From: Balneola sp. | GTDB taxonomy: Bacteria; Bacteroidota; Rhodothermia; Balneolales; Balneolaceae | NCBI GenBank assembly: GCA_965601915.1 | Contig: OZ271847.1 | Coordinates: forward strand, 2,257,178-2,321,177 | Reading direction: 5' to 3' | Length of the DNA: 64,000 nucleotides | Shown: positions 1-9,881 of the stretch, one piece after another | Layout: every line of letters begins with the position of its first letter | Numbering within the stretch: the stretch's first letter is position 1 | Notes under the pieces: model-generated | The model's input: only the letters and a program-made list of their open reading frames with translations | Told to the model about the DNA's origin: nothing | Database searches by the model: none | Made by a program: the position numbers and the translations under genes

Positions 1-3000
1 CTTGTTCCAAACCAAAGAGCTTTATTACCTGAATATTGGGCTTACTCTAAAACGGTATTTATTAATACCCCGCCTGTTGCAAGAATTAATAATTCAAAAA
101 ATATTATTTCCCCTTCTGAGACTCTGTTGCTGCGTGGTGACAACTCATACGATATAGAGGGTCGAAGTCTGAGCTACCAATGGTTTGTAAACGGTTCTCC
201 GAGAGGCACAGAATCTACATTCCGATTCTCAAGCACAATTTCGGGACAATACAGAGTTCGATTAAAAGTATCTGATGGAGGAAGCAATCCTCAATGTTCT
301 GTTGACGAACGTGAAATTCTCATCAGGGTAAATACACAGCCTTATGCTGAACTTAATGTTACACCTCTTATCGGAACTGATGAACAGGTTTCTGCTTCCG
401 TTTCTAATCAAACCGACTCTGACAACGATTCTTTGACTTACCGGTGGCAGGGAGCCGGAATAACCGGACCTAACAATGAATCAACGGTAATTCTTAATCA
501 CACTGAACCGGGTGTATATCCTATCACTTTAACTCTGAATGACGGTTCAGGTGCAAGCAACAGTCTATATTCCGTTACAAAGCGTTATGAAGTTAATGCC
601 CCTCCTCAACCTTCCTTTACATTAAGTGAAAAAGCTGCACCGGGCGACAATTTAACACTAGATGGTACTCCTTCATCTGATGCTAATAACAATCCTCTTC
701 AATACAAATGGTTTGTAAATGATAACCTGATCGCTTCTAATTCAGTTACTGATTTCCAGTTTTCAGATCCTGGTACTTATAATGTAAAATTAGTTGTGGA
801 TGATGGGCGTGGTGTTTCGAACTCAATTCAGGAATTGTCAAAAACCATTAGAATAAATACCGCTCCAAACCCTATTATAACTGCTGCTAAAGTTACTTCC
901 AGTTCCAGAGTCGCATTTTCAGCTGAACAAAGTTCCGATTCTGAATCTGCCCTCACTTCTTATAGCTGGGATTTTGGTGATGGCTCTACAGCAACTGGCC
1001 CACGAGTTCAACATACTTACAACAGTACCGGAGAATATCGAGTTACATTAAGAGTGAATGATGGCGAAGGATTATCAAACAGTATTCGTACAACTGAACA
1101 TATTCTTCTCATTAATCAATATCCAACAGCCGATTTCACAGCACCAATTGTTGTTGCTCCGGGACAAGAGTTTACCCTTGACGGGTCTCTTAGTTCTGAT
1201 TCCGATGGTTTGATCACCAGCTATGAATGGTACAACGAAGGCGAATTACTTGGAACAGGGCCTCAACTTACTACTTCACTTCCAAACTCCGGAAACACAA
1301 CTATTTCTCTTCGTGTAAAAGATGATTCAAATTATGAGCTTGCAGAAGGAATTAAAAACAAAAGAATCAGAGTAAATACAACTCCTGTACCCGTCTGGAC
1401 AACAGATTATGATAACGTAGCACCAAATACTGAAATCAGATTTTCTGCAGCTGAATCGTATGATCCTGATGGAAGTATTTCCAGATATATCTGGAGCTTC
1501 AGTGATGGTGTAGAATTAAGAGGACGTGTAATTCAGCGGTTTTTCAGAGAAAGTGGACCTAAATCTTTTACTTTAACAGTAGTTGATAATGATGGATTAA
1601 GTAATTCCAGAGCTTCAATTGATGGCGAGTTAATGGTTAACCACGCTCCTTTGATCATCACAGAGACGCTGATAAGATCTAATGCCTTATCAGTAACGCT
1701 GGACGCTTCCTCAAGTTATGATCTTGATAATAATCCAATTACATTTGAATGGACACTACCAGACGGCACAAAAAGAAATGAATCTTCTTTTACTTGGCAA
1801 GCTACTGAACCCGGGGTTCATATCATTTCTTTAACTGTTGATGATGGTTTAGGTCTTGATAACAGTATTACCACAGAAACAATCAGAGTATTAATCAACC
1901 GCCCTGTAAAAGCTGTTGTTGCATCCCAAATTCAATCGTGTACTGGTCAAACTGTGCTATTTAACAGTTCCAGAAGTTTCGATCCTGACGGCGATCCTTT
2001 CAGCGTAAAATGGGATTTCGGAAACGGAGTAACATCCGACCAGGCTAATCCCTCTTATGTGTACGAAACACCAGGCATCTATGAAGCTCAACTCACATTA
2101 AACGACGGATTTACTGAGCAGGCTTCTGTCGCTAAAATTCCGGTGATCATTGAAGGATCACCGATTGCAAGAATGAATATTTCTGACACAACAATTTGTG
2201 TAAACAACAGCCTTAGATTTGATGGTTCTGCAAGTACGGATCCTTCAGGTGCTCTTCCCTCTTTAAGCTGGGATACAGGTGACGGGCAGACAAAAGCAGG
2301 CTCAGCAATCAATCATGTGTTTACAAGTCCGGGAGTTTACACAGTTACACTTACCGTGGAAGGCTCAGGCTCCGGTCGTTGTAGTAACGTAAGTCAAACA
2401 ACGGCAACAATCACCGTTGTTGAAGGCCCGGAAGCTAATTTTGAGCTTCCTGAATATACAATTCCGGGTGAGACCATCACTCTTAATGGAACTGCATCTC
2501 AGGTAGATGGATCAATCAAATCCGCACGCTGGTTAATAGATGATGAAAATGGACAAGAAGTCGTCGAAGGAATTAATTCAGATTTTACTTTCGAAAAGCC
2601 CGGTGAATATTTCGTTACTCTTGAACTGGAAACGGATTCTGAAACATCCTGCAACACGGTAAGTCTTACAAAGAGTATTAAGGTAAATGCAAAACCTGAA
2701 ATTATCTGGGAACTCCCCTCTTCTATTGCTGCCGGTACCGATTTGAGATTAAATGCATTACAATCCAGAGATAGTGATGGTTTTATTACTTCTTATAAAT
2801 GGTATCTGGATAATGAACTGGTTAGCGAAAATGCTGCAGAGATAATCAAAGCTATTCAGCCTGGAGAGCATGAAGTTCGTCTTGAGATTACAGACAACTC
2901 TTCAGCTTCTAATAACAGTACAGTTCAACGCAAAACATTTGTAGCAAACAGCAAACCTTCACCCAACATCATAGCTCCTGAGCGTGTATTTCTTAACCAA

Positions 3001-3690
3001 CAGGTTTCTTTCAGAAGTAATTCTGAGTTTGATGTCGATGGTGATGCTTTAACGTCGACCTGGGTATTGGATGGAAATGAAATCCCATCACCAACTTTCA
3101 CCGTTACAAAACCAAACGGTCATACCTTGGTGCTGATACAAAATGACGGTAGAGGATTTGCTAATTCCATCGATTCTGCTCGAATTAGTATTATTCCTAA
3201 GTCATTACCTGTAGCAAAACCTGAACTTCCAAAACTGATAGCAGTAGGTGGCGCTCTATCTCTTCCTGACATTAAAATGAATGAACCATGGAGATTTAAA
3301 AACGGAGGATCTTACAGCCTGACCTGGACGGCCAGAAGCGCAGGGTCTCAGCCAATATCACTCGTATATATGAACAATGGTACTGAACTAACTTCACAGA
3401 CTTTTGAAGTTCAGGTTGTTCCAAGATTGCAGTTCTCTGAAACCATTGCAGATAAAACACTCGAATGGAATCCGGCTAACCCTTCTTATATTCTAAACGG
3501 TCCTGCAACTAACCGCGAGACTGGTGATGTACTCTACACATGGAAACGTCAGGGACGAACTATAGGAACAGGCAGACAAATAGGTATTGAACTTGTAAAA
3601 GGTGAAAATAGATTTACACTTCAGGTAACAGATCAGAAGGTCGCAAGGTCTACTCCTGTCACTGTTGATGTTGTGATTATTACCGAATAA
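1..3690 (+). CDS. PKD-repeat surface protein (5' end lies outside the window)
   Basis: Frame 1 is open from base 1 with no stop before the listed TTG at 127, so the gene is cut by the window edge. About a dozen tandem ~85-90 aa units carry PKD-type motifs (WDFGDG..., Y.V.L.V.D..G.SN). Confidence 0.85.
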   Translation, partial: LVPNQRALLPEYWAYSKTVFINTPPVARINNSKNIISPSETLLLRGDNSYDIEGRSLSYQWFVNGSPRGTESTFRFSSTISGQYRVRLKVSDGGSNPQCSVDEREILIRVNTQPYAELNVTPLIGTDEQVSASVSNQTDSDNDSLTYRWQGAGITGPNNESTVILNHTEPGVYPITLTLNDGSGASNSLYSVTKRYEVNAPPQPSFTLSEKAAPGDNLTLDGTPSSDANNNPLQYKWFVNDNLIASNSVTDFQFSDPGTYNVKLVVDDGRGVSNSIQELSKTIRINTAPNPIITAAKVTSSSRVAFSAEQSSDSESALTSYSWDFGDGSTATGPRVQHTYNSTGEYRVTLRVNDGEGLSNSIRTTEHILLINQYPTADFTAPIVVAPGQEFTLDGSLSSDSDGLITSYEWYNEGELLGTGPQLTTSLPNSGNTTISLRVKDDSNYELAEGIKNKRIRVNTTPVPVWTTDYDNVAPNTEIRFSAAESYDPDGSISRYIWSFSDGVELRGRVIQRFFRESGPKSFTLTVVDNDGLSNSRASIDGELMVNHAPLIITETLIRSNALSVTLDASSSYDLDNNPITFEWTLPDGTKRNESSFTWQATEPGVHIISLTVDDGLGLDNSITTETIRVLINRPVKAVVASQIQSCTGQTVLFNSSRSFDPDGDPFSVKWDFGNGVTSDQANPSYVYETPGIYEAQLTLNDGFTEQASVAKIPVIIEGSPIARMNISDTTICVNNSLRFDGSASTDPSGALPSLSWDTGDGQTKAGSAINHVFTSPGVYTVTLTVEGSGSGRCSNVSQTTATITVVEGPEANFELPEYTIPGETITLNGTASQVDGSIKSARWLIDDENGQEVVEGINSDFTFEKPGEYFVTLELETDSETSCNTVSLTKSIKVNAKPEIIWELPSSIAAGTDLRLNALQSRDSDGFITSYKWYLDNELVSENAAEIIKAIQPGEHEVRLEITDNSSASNNSTVQRKTFVANSKPSPNIIAPERVFLNQQVSFRSNSEFDVDGDALTSTWVLDGNEIPSPTFTVTKPNGHTLVLIQNDGRGFANSIDSARISIIPKSLPVAKPELPKLIAVGGALSLPDIKMNEPWRFKNGGSYSLTWTARSAGSQPISLVYMNNGTELTSQTFEVQVVPRLQFSETIADKTLEWNPANPSYILNGPATNRETGDVLYTWKRQGRTIGTGRQIGIELVKGENRFTLQVTDQKVARSTPVTVDVVIITE

Positions 3691-3780
3691 AAAGCTTATT
3701 TATACTCTGTTCAATTTCTTTCATTTCACATGAAAACAGTGTAGCTTTTGATACAATTTTGATGCAAAAATTACATTCAT

Positions 3781-5139
3781 TTGAAAATAGTTATCATCGG
3801 AGCAGGAGAAATCGGGTACGACCTGGCAAGCGTACTCTCCAAAGAGAAACACGATGTCATCGTTATCGATCGGGAAAAAGAATGCCTTTCTAAAACCTCC
3901 GAAACTCTTGATGTACTTGTAAAAGAAGGAAATGCCACTTCGGCTAAGGATCTTGCAGCCGTTGGGGTATCAGATGCAGATATAGTAATCGCAGTTACCA
4001 GTATAGATGAAGTAAATATGATTGCTTCCATGATCAGTAAAAAGCTGGGAGCCAAAAAGGTAATAGCTCGTGTAAGAAATGATGAGTTTTCTCATCATAA
4101 ATCCCCACTTAAGCCCACTGATCTTGGAATTGATATGATGATCAATCCCGAGCTTAGTGCCGCTCAGGAAATTGCACAGCTCTTGAAAAGATCAGCGGCA
4201 AGTGATGTAATTAATCTGGCTGATGATTTGATGCAATTGGTTGGAATCCGACTGGATAGGAATTCACCGCTTATAGGAAAAACCCTGATCGATTATGCTT
4301 CTGAAAATTCAGAGATCACCTTCAGGGTAGTCGCTATAGGCAGAAGAGGCAGAACATTAATGCCACGTGGTCCGATGAAACTACAGACGTTCGATCAGAT
4401 CTTTATACTTGCCAAAACTCAGGACATTCCAGCAATTATTGAAACTACCGGAAAATATGAAACAGATCTAAACAGAGTAATGATTGCCGGAGGAACAGGG
4501 ATTGGAACAACCATAGCTCGCATTTTATGTGGAGATTCTAAAAAAAACTGGTCTGTAAAACTTATAGAACCAGATTACGATAAAGCTGAAGAATTGGCTA
4601 TCGACCTGAAAAATGCTATGATATTGCATGGTAACCCTACCGACCCGGATCTTCTCGCTGCCGAAGGAATTACCGATATGGATGCTTTTATAGCGGTAAC
4701 AGATGACGAAGAGTCCAATATTATTTCCTGTTTAATGGCAAAACATCTGGATGTAAAAAAAACGGTTGCACTCGTATCAAAACCCGATTTCATCCCACTT
4801 AGCCAAACCATTGGCCTGGATGCAGTTGTAAATAAAAAAGTTGCTGCTTCTAATGAAATTCATCGCCATGTTCGTAGCGGACAAGTTATTTCAGTAACTG
4901 AGCTCAGAGGAATTCAGGCAGAAGTGATAGAATTATTAACTGCAAGCAGGTCTAAAATTGCAGGAAAAGAAATTCAAAATCTTAAAATGCCTGATGGATG
5001 TATCATTGGTGGAGTTTTATGCAAAGGATCCGTTGAAATTGCTACCGGACAAACTGTGATTAATTCCGGAGACAGAGTTATGGTATTCTGCCTGCCTGAA
5101 GCAATTGATAAAGTCACAAAAATGTTCAGTAATGGCTGA
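3781..5139 (+). CDS. trkA: Trk potassium uptake protein TrkA (NAD-binding, two RCK units)
   Basis: 452 aa with a TTG start. There are two Rossmann GxGxxG motifs (IIGAGEIG at the N-terminus, IAGGTGIG mid-protein), each followed by an RCK_C-like segment. Its stop overlaps the trkH start (ATGGCTGA). Confidence 0.9.
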   Translation: MKIVIIGAGEIGYDLASVLSKEKHDVIVIDREKECLSKTSETLDVLVKEGNATSAKDLAAVGVSDADIVIAVTSIDEVNMIASMISKKLGAKKVIARVRNDEFSHHKSPLKPTDLGIDMMINPELSAAQEIAQLLKRSAASDVINLADDLMQLVGIRLDRNSPLIGKTLIDYASENSEITFRVVAIGRRGRTLMPRGPMKLQTFDQIFILAKTQDIPAIIETTGKYETDLNRVMIAGGTGIGTTIARILCGDSKKNWSVKLIEPDYDKAEELAIDLKNAMILHGNPTDPDLLAAEGITDMDAFIAVTDDEESNIISCLMAKHLDVKKTVALVSKPDFIPLSQTIGLDAVVNKKVAASNEIHRHVRSGQVISVTELRGIQAEVIELLTASRSKIAGKEIQNLKMPDGCIIGGVLCKGSVEIATGQTVINSGDRVMVFCLPEAIDKVTKMFSNG

Positions 5140-6649
5140 GAAAAGCGTAATTAACGCATTTAACCGCCCAACCATTGATTTTACAGTGGTTCTTGGAGTA
5201 CTTGGAGCATTTATCTTTTTTATGGGTTTTGCTCTTTTGATGCCTTTGTTCATCGACCTCATTTATGGACAGGAAACCTGGCATTCCTTTTTAGTTTCTG
5301 CGGGAATAGCTTTCGTACTTGGTGGACTTCTATGGTATTTCTTTAAGCCTCAATCTGAACTCAGGATACGAGAAGGATTTTTAGTAGTAAGTATGACCTG
5401 GTTGGTGCTTTCACTGGTAGGGGCTCTCCCCTTCACTATTTCCGGTATTCTCCCGAATTATACCGATGCTGTTTTCGAAACCATGAGTGGACTTTCCACA
5501 ACAGGTTCTACTATTCTTGGCGGTACCACCACAACAGGAATTGTTAATCCAGCCATAGAAGAATTACCCAAAAGTTTTTTATTCTGGCGCTCGCTTGCTC
5601 ACTGGTTGGGTGGAATGGGGATAATCGTTCTTTCGCTTGCTATACTTCCATTACTTGGTATTGGTGGAATGCAGCTTTTCCAGGCAGAATCTCCGGGTCC
5701 AACAACCGACAAACTTACTCCAAGAGTACAAGAGACTGCCAAACTACTCTGGGTCGTTTACGTGGCATTTACTGGTACAGAGTTTCTATTACTTTGGGCC
5801 CATCCTTCTATGGATTGGTTTGAAGCGATCAACCACTCATTTGCAACTCTTGCCACCGGCGGATTCTCAACCAAAAATGCCAGCATCGCCGCTTTTGATT
5901 CTGCTTATGTGGACGGAATCATAACGATATTTATGTTTCTTGCCGGAATTAACTTTGCCATGCACTTTCGATTGCTCAGAGGCGAAGTAGGACCTTTTTT
6001 CGCCAATCGCGAAACCCGGTTCTATACCATAATCTGTATGATTGGTGTTTTGGGAATTTCATTTTCACTCTGGTTTTTTGACGGATATTCTTTGCTGGAA
6101 GCCATTCGTTACGGAGCTTTTCAGGCGATAGCAATAATTACCACTACGGGCTTTGGAACAGATGATTACGAACTTTGGTATTCGTTCGGAGCCTTTTTAC
6201 TGCTCCTTTTCTTCTTTACGGGCGGAAGTGCCGGATCAACCGGAGGTGGAATTAAAATGATTCGGCTTATGATTCTGATTCGAAACACAGGTCGGGAGAT
6301 CAAACAGATCATTCACCCAAGAGCTATTCTTCCGGTTAGAATTGGAGACCAGGCGATCAATCAGAATATGCAGAGAACCGTTCTGAGCTTCTTTATTCTT
6401 TACATGATCATGTTTGCACTTGGAGCCTTCATCATTTCTCTATTCGGATATGATATTATGTCTTCTGCGGGAGCAAGTATTGCCGCATTAGGAAACATTG
6501 GTCCGGGTTGGGGAGAATTCGGTCCCACCGACAGCTTTGCTAAAATGCCCTATTTAGGAAAATGGGTGATGATTATGTTGATGATGATCGGAAGACTGGA
6601 AATTTTTACTGTGTTGATCATCTTCTCTCCTGCTTTTTGGAAGCAATAA
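5132..6649 (+). CDS. trkH: Trk potassium transporter membrane subunit TrkH
   Basis: Polytopic membrane protein with repeated pore-loop-like motifs (SGLSTTGST, TGGFST, TTTGFGT, GSTGGGIK). I prefer the ATG at 5132 (MAEKSV...) over the listed TTG at 5105 because it overlaps the trkA stop. Confidence 0.9.
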   Translation: MAEKSVINAFNRPTIDFTVVLGVLGAFIFFMGFALLMPLFIDLIYGQETWHSFLVSAGIAFVLGGLLWYFFKPQSELRIREGFLVVSMTWLVLSLVGALPFTISGILPNYTDAVFETMSGLSTTGSTILGGTTTTGIVNPAIEELPKSFLFWRSLAHWLGGMGIIVLSLAILPLLGIGGMQLFQAESPGPTTDKLTPRVQETAKLLWVVYVAFTGTEFLLLWAHPSMDWFEAINHSFATLATGGFSTKNASIAAFDSAYVDGIITIFMFLAGINFAMHFRLLRGEVGPFFANRETRFYTIICMIGVLGISFSLWFFDGYSLLEAIRYGAFQAIAIITTTGFGTDDYELWYSFGAFLLLLFFFTGGSAGSTGGGIKMIRLMILIRNTGREIKQIIHPRAILPVRIGDQAINQNMQRTVLSFFILYMIMFALGAFIISLFGYDIMSSAGASIAALGNIGPGWGEFGPTDSFAKMPYLGKWVMIMLMMIGRLEIFTVLIIFSPAFWKQ

Positions 6650-6728
6650 TCTAAGTCTTTGATATTAAATTGCTTTTATTCATATTAGCCTTGATATTTT
6701 AAGAATAACATGAATAATACTTACATAT

Positions 6729-6780
6729 GCAATTGGGATAACATGAATAGTGTGCGTGTTATCCCATTGTTGGGGGCAAT
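6729..6780 (+). repeat. Cassette-boundary element: imperfect hairpin plus GTTGGGGGCAATTAAAA core immediately upstream of the Hachiman-like pair
   Basis: CAAT(T)GGGATAAC (6730-6742) pairs with GTTATCCCATTG (6758-6769) with one bulged T. GTTGGGGGCAATTAAAA (6769-6785) recurs as GTTGGCGGTAATTAAAA at 9859-9875. ATAACATGAATA is a direct repeat at 6705-6716 and 6738-6749. Confidence 0.4.
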
Positions 6781-6790
6781 TAAAAAATAA

Positions 6791-7474
6791 ATGAGCACAT
6801 ACAGAGTCATAGACAGAATTCAGATTGAGCCACATATCCTGTTCCTCAGGATTGAGCCAACCGATATTAAGTTAACTCTTGGTGATGTTTTCAAATCATT
6901 GTCCGATATTGCTTGGATAAGTGACTTCGACAAGAAGTATATAAGGGATGCGTTCACAATACGTGCTACTGAAACAATTGATTATATAGCTGATAATATT
7001 ATTGCTGAGACTAATGATGAAATAACTAAGGACTCAGGTGAAATTGTTGTTTCGGAACTAGCAAGATTAGCAATAGTAAACGAAAACAAATACTTAGATA
7101 TACCATTAGCAGAGCTTTTTAAAAGCCAAGCATCAGGAAATGATGGCTTTGACTTTTACTCTAAAAATCTCACTAAAATCATACTTTTTGGTGAGGCTAA
7201 ATTTCTTTCTGATCGCAATGCTTATGGGAAAGCTTTTAATAAAATTGTTGAATTTGTAAGCTTAGAACAAGACTCATCTGATTTACAAGATATCGATAAA
7301 TTTTACTGTGCGGAGTCTTTAGACAATCACTCCAATGGAAAGAAAGGATTTATGGCAGCCTTTTCCAGCAAAAACACAGACACCAATAGAATACTTAATG
7401 GAATAAAAGCGAATACTGACTTTAATGCCCTTAAGGGGTTTGATGAGCTAATCTGTGTTGCAGTCAACGTATGA
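6791..7474 (+). CDS. HamA-like (DUF1837-type) putative PD-(D/E)xK effector of a Hachiman-like defence pair
   Basis: 227 aa with no signal peptide. It carries a D...(x)n...E-A-K arrangement (DGFDFYSKNLTKIILFGEAKF, E135/K137), typical of PD-(D/E)xK nucleases. Its stop overlaps the start of the downstream helicase (ATGA). Size and gene order match HamA-HamB. Confidence 0.5.
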   Translation: MSTYRVIDRIQIEPHILFLRIEPTDIKLTLGDVFKSLSDIAWISDFDKKYIRDAFTIRATETIDYIADNIIAETNDEITKDSGEIVVSELARLAIVNENKYLDIPLAELFKSQASGNDGFDFYSKNLTKIILFGEAKFLSDRNAYGKAFNKIVEFVSLEQDSSDLQDIDKFYCAESLDNHSNGKKGFMAAFSSKNTDTNRILNGIKANTDFNALKGFDELICVAVNV

Positions 7475-9789
7475 ACAATGCAATAAAAAATATCATTGGT
7501 GCCGAGAATATTGGCGATATAGTATCTTTTGTTTTAGACCGAATTTATAAGAATGGGCCCGTGTCAACAACTGATATGGAAATTCTTTCCTATTTAAAGC
7601 TTTATAAACCCGAAGAATTCAATCTTCATCAGGAAAGGGTTTTACACTATATGGGTCTTTTTTATAAAGATGTTGAGCCTCAATCATTAAAAGAAGTTGT
7701 ATTCAGGCAATACAGAAGGCATATTATTGATAATTTTCAACATACATATACACCCGTACAAGCAAGTATAATTAGTGAAATTGAATCAAATAAATGCTTT
7801 AGTTTTTCGGCTCCAACGAGTACAGGAAAGTCTTATGCTTTTATGAATCTTATTCAGGAGAGCACCGATGACATTGTCATTATAGTTCCTTCAAGAGCAC
7901 TCATTAATGAGTATTATCACAAGCTTAATAAATTAATTGATAATAAATCTGTAAACATTTTAACCTTTATAGACAAGATCAACACGAAACATACAGAACG
8001 CAATGTCTTCATAGTTACACCAGAGAGGTGCAGGGAGTTATTTAAGTTTAAAGAGCAATACCAAGTAAATACATTTCTATTTGATGAAGCTCAACTGAGT
8101 AATGAAGACTCAAAACGAGGATTGTATTTTGACAGTATTGTAAGAAGGGCTCAAAAAGCATTTCCTGACTCTAAATTTGTTTTTGCCCATCCTTTTGTAG
8201 AGAATCCTGACTCCCAAATTAAAAAAAATCACTTTGAATTGGATTCATCAAAGTCAATCCGTTTCAAGCAAAAGAATGTTGGACAATTATACCTCTGCTC
8301 AGATGATGATTGGAATTTCTATCACTTCGGAATTGACAAGTCTATAATGGGCAATAGAAGAGAGAAATGTGCCTTTGACCCCATTGAAAGAACAATTAAA
8401 AACGATGGCTCTGTACTTTTCTATGTTTCAAAAAGCAAAATTTACAATAAGGGATTTCTAAATCAATTTGACAGATACATCAACTTATGTTCTGAAATTG
8501 AAGGTGAGAAAATCGATTCCTACATAGAACAGTTAAAAGAATATACAGGTGGAGATACAATAGCGAACAAAAACTATTATTCTCAACTACTTGCTTTATT
8601 AAAGAGAGGCATAGTTATACATCATGGCTCCTTACCTCTTCAAACAAGGTTAATACTTGAGAAATTTACTCAGGACGGTCTATGTAGAATTTGCTTTGCG
8701 ACATCAACCTTGGAACAAGGAGTCAACATGCCTTTTGATATTGTTTTCCTCGACAGATTAGAAAGAAGTAAACCTCTATCAGTAAAGAATCTCATAGGTC
8801 GTGCAGGAAGGTCAACTACTTTAAATGAATTTGATTTTGGCTATGTCATTATTAATGGTCCTTCTAAAATGGCTGCATTCCGAAGTGTTATTGAACAAGA
8901 TGAAATATTAGATGAAGAATCTTCACTAGAAAAGTCTGAGCAAAAAGATGAAGATTACAATGATTTCAAAGAGGCGATATTAAATGATACTTACTCTGAT
9001 GAATTCAACTTAACTGAAAAAGATTTAGAGAAACTAACATCTGAATCTACAGAAGAAGTAATTAAGAAAATTCTTGATACCGTTTTTGACAATAATCAAA
9101 TAGTACCACTAAATAGATTAAATCAAGACCCTAGGAATAGGTTGGAGCTCTACTCCTATTTTCGATTGTTATATTCAATTTATTTAAATCGTTCACTTGG
9201 TGATGGAGAAGGGAATGTATTGGATACTGCAATAAAAATTATGCTTTGGAAAGTTCACGGAAAGACTTTTAAAAACATTTGTTGGTATCGTTACTCACAC
9301 GCAAGCAAGACCAATGAAAGAGCAAGTCTAGAGAAGTATGGAAGAAATACTAATCAAATAACTGCAAACTTTATTACAGGCTACCATCCAATTCCCGATA
9401 AAAATCATAATGTATATAGTCTATTTCCTCCAGGAACAAGAGCAGTAGATGTAGATTATGACCTCATTATGACAGATACCTATGACTTTATTGACAAGCT
9501 AATTAGCTTCAAATTAACGGACGTATTTTATGCATCTTTTATAAAATATTTTCAAAAGGAAAATGATACTCGAGCCGAGAAGCTCGCCAAGTTCATTAAA
9601 TATGGAACGGATAATGAAAGACATATTTGGATGCTCCGATACGGAATGTCATTTGAAGATATTGAAAAATTAGAGCCCCATATCCTCTCTATTAATGCTG
9701 AGGAAATAGTTTTTAAGGAATCGATTTTAGAAGTACCAAAGGAAGAAAGAGAATCAATTGAAAGATTTATTAGAATACAAACAGAATAA
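7471..9789 (+). CDS. SF2 (Ski2/DExH-like) helicase, HamB-like
   Basis: Helicase motifs: Q-like TPVQ, Walker A APTSTGKS (aa 114-121), PSRALINE, motif II DEAQ (nt 8083-8094), HHGSLP...ATSTLEQGVNMP (motif V) and IGRAGR (motif VI). A ~290-aa C-terminal extension has no domain I recognise. Confidence 0.75.
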   Translation: MNNAIKNIIGAENIGDIVSFVLDRIYKNGPVSTTDMEILSYLKLYKPEEFNLHQERVLHYMGLFYKDVEPQSLKEVVFRQYRRHIIDNFQHTYTPVQASIISEIESNKCFSFSAPTSTGKSYAFMNLIQESTDDIVIIVPSRALINEYYHKLNKLIDNKSVNILTFIDKINTKHTERNVFIVTPERCRELFKFKEQYQVNTFLFDEAQLSNEDSKRGLYFDSIVRRAQKAFPDSKFVFAHPFVENPDSQIKKNHFELDSSKSIRFKQKNVGQLYLCSDDDWNFYHFGIDKSIMGNRREKCAFDPIERTIKNDGSVLFYVSKSKIYNKGFLNQFDRYINLCSEIEGEKIDSYIEQLKEYTGGDTIANKNYYSQLLALLKRGIVIHHGSLPLQTRLILEKFTQDGLCRICFATSTLEQGVNMPFDIVFLDRLERSKPLSVKNLIGRAGRSTTLNEFDFGYVIINGPSKMAAFRSVIEQDEILDEESSLEKSEQKDEDYNDFKEAILNDTYSDEFNLTEKDLEKLTSESTEEVIKKILDTVFDNNQIVPLNRLNQDPRNRLELYSYFRLLYSIYLNRSLGDGEGNVLDTAIKIMLWKVHGKTFKNICWYRYSHASKTNERASLEKYGRNTNQITANFITGYHPIPDKNHNVYSLFPPGTRAVDVDYDLIMTDTYDFIDKLISFKLTDVFYASFIKYFQKENDTRAEKLAKFIKYGTDNERHIWMLRYGMSFEDIEKLEPHILSINAEEIVFKESILEVPKEERESIERFIRIQTE

Positions 9790-9793
9790 AAAC

Positions 9794-9865
9794 TGCCCCC
9801 AACAATGTGTATAGTGCATAGCTACCCTGCGGGATAGCTACGACACCATACACGGAACGTTGGCG
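9794..9865 (+). repeat. attC-like imperfect palindrome (about 69 nt) downstream of the helicase
   Basis: Architecture is R''-spacer-L''-loop-L'-spacer-R'. CCCCAAC (9797-9803), AAT, GTGTATAGTG (9807-9816), central hairpin TAGCTACCC/GGG(A)TAGCTA with one extrahelical base, CACCATACAC (9844-9853), GGAAC, GTTGGCG (9859-9865). Confidence 0.5.
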
Positions 9866-9881
9866 GTAATTAAAAGAGACA

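Noticed and set aside
3777-4055. A 92-aa minus-strand ORF overlapping the start of trkA. There are similar small ORFs inside trkA/trkH at 4575-4811, 5017-5262 and 5637-5924.
   Set aside because: They overlap strongly supported trkA and trkH frames and have no motifs.
6650-6790. Reading the trkH-proximal boundary as a classical integron attI site, based on the direct repeats ATAACATGAATA (two copies) plus the GTTGGGG core.
   Set aside because: No intI gene is present on either strand upstream, since trkH ends at 6649. The resemblance to attI DR1/DR2 organisation is too loose to claim. It is kept only as part of the attC-like cassette observation.
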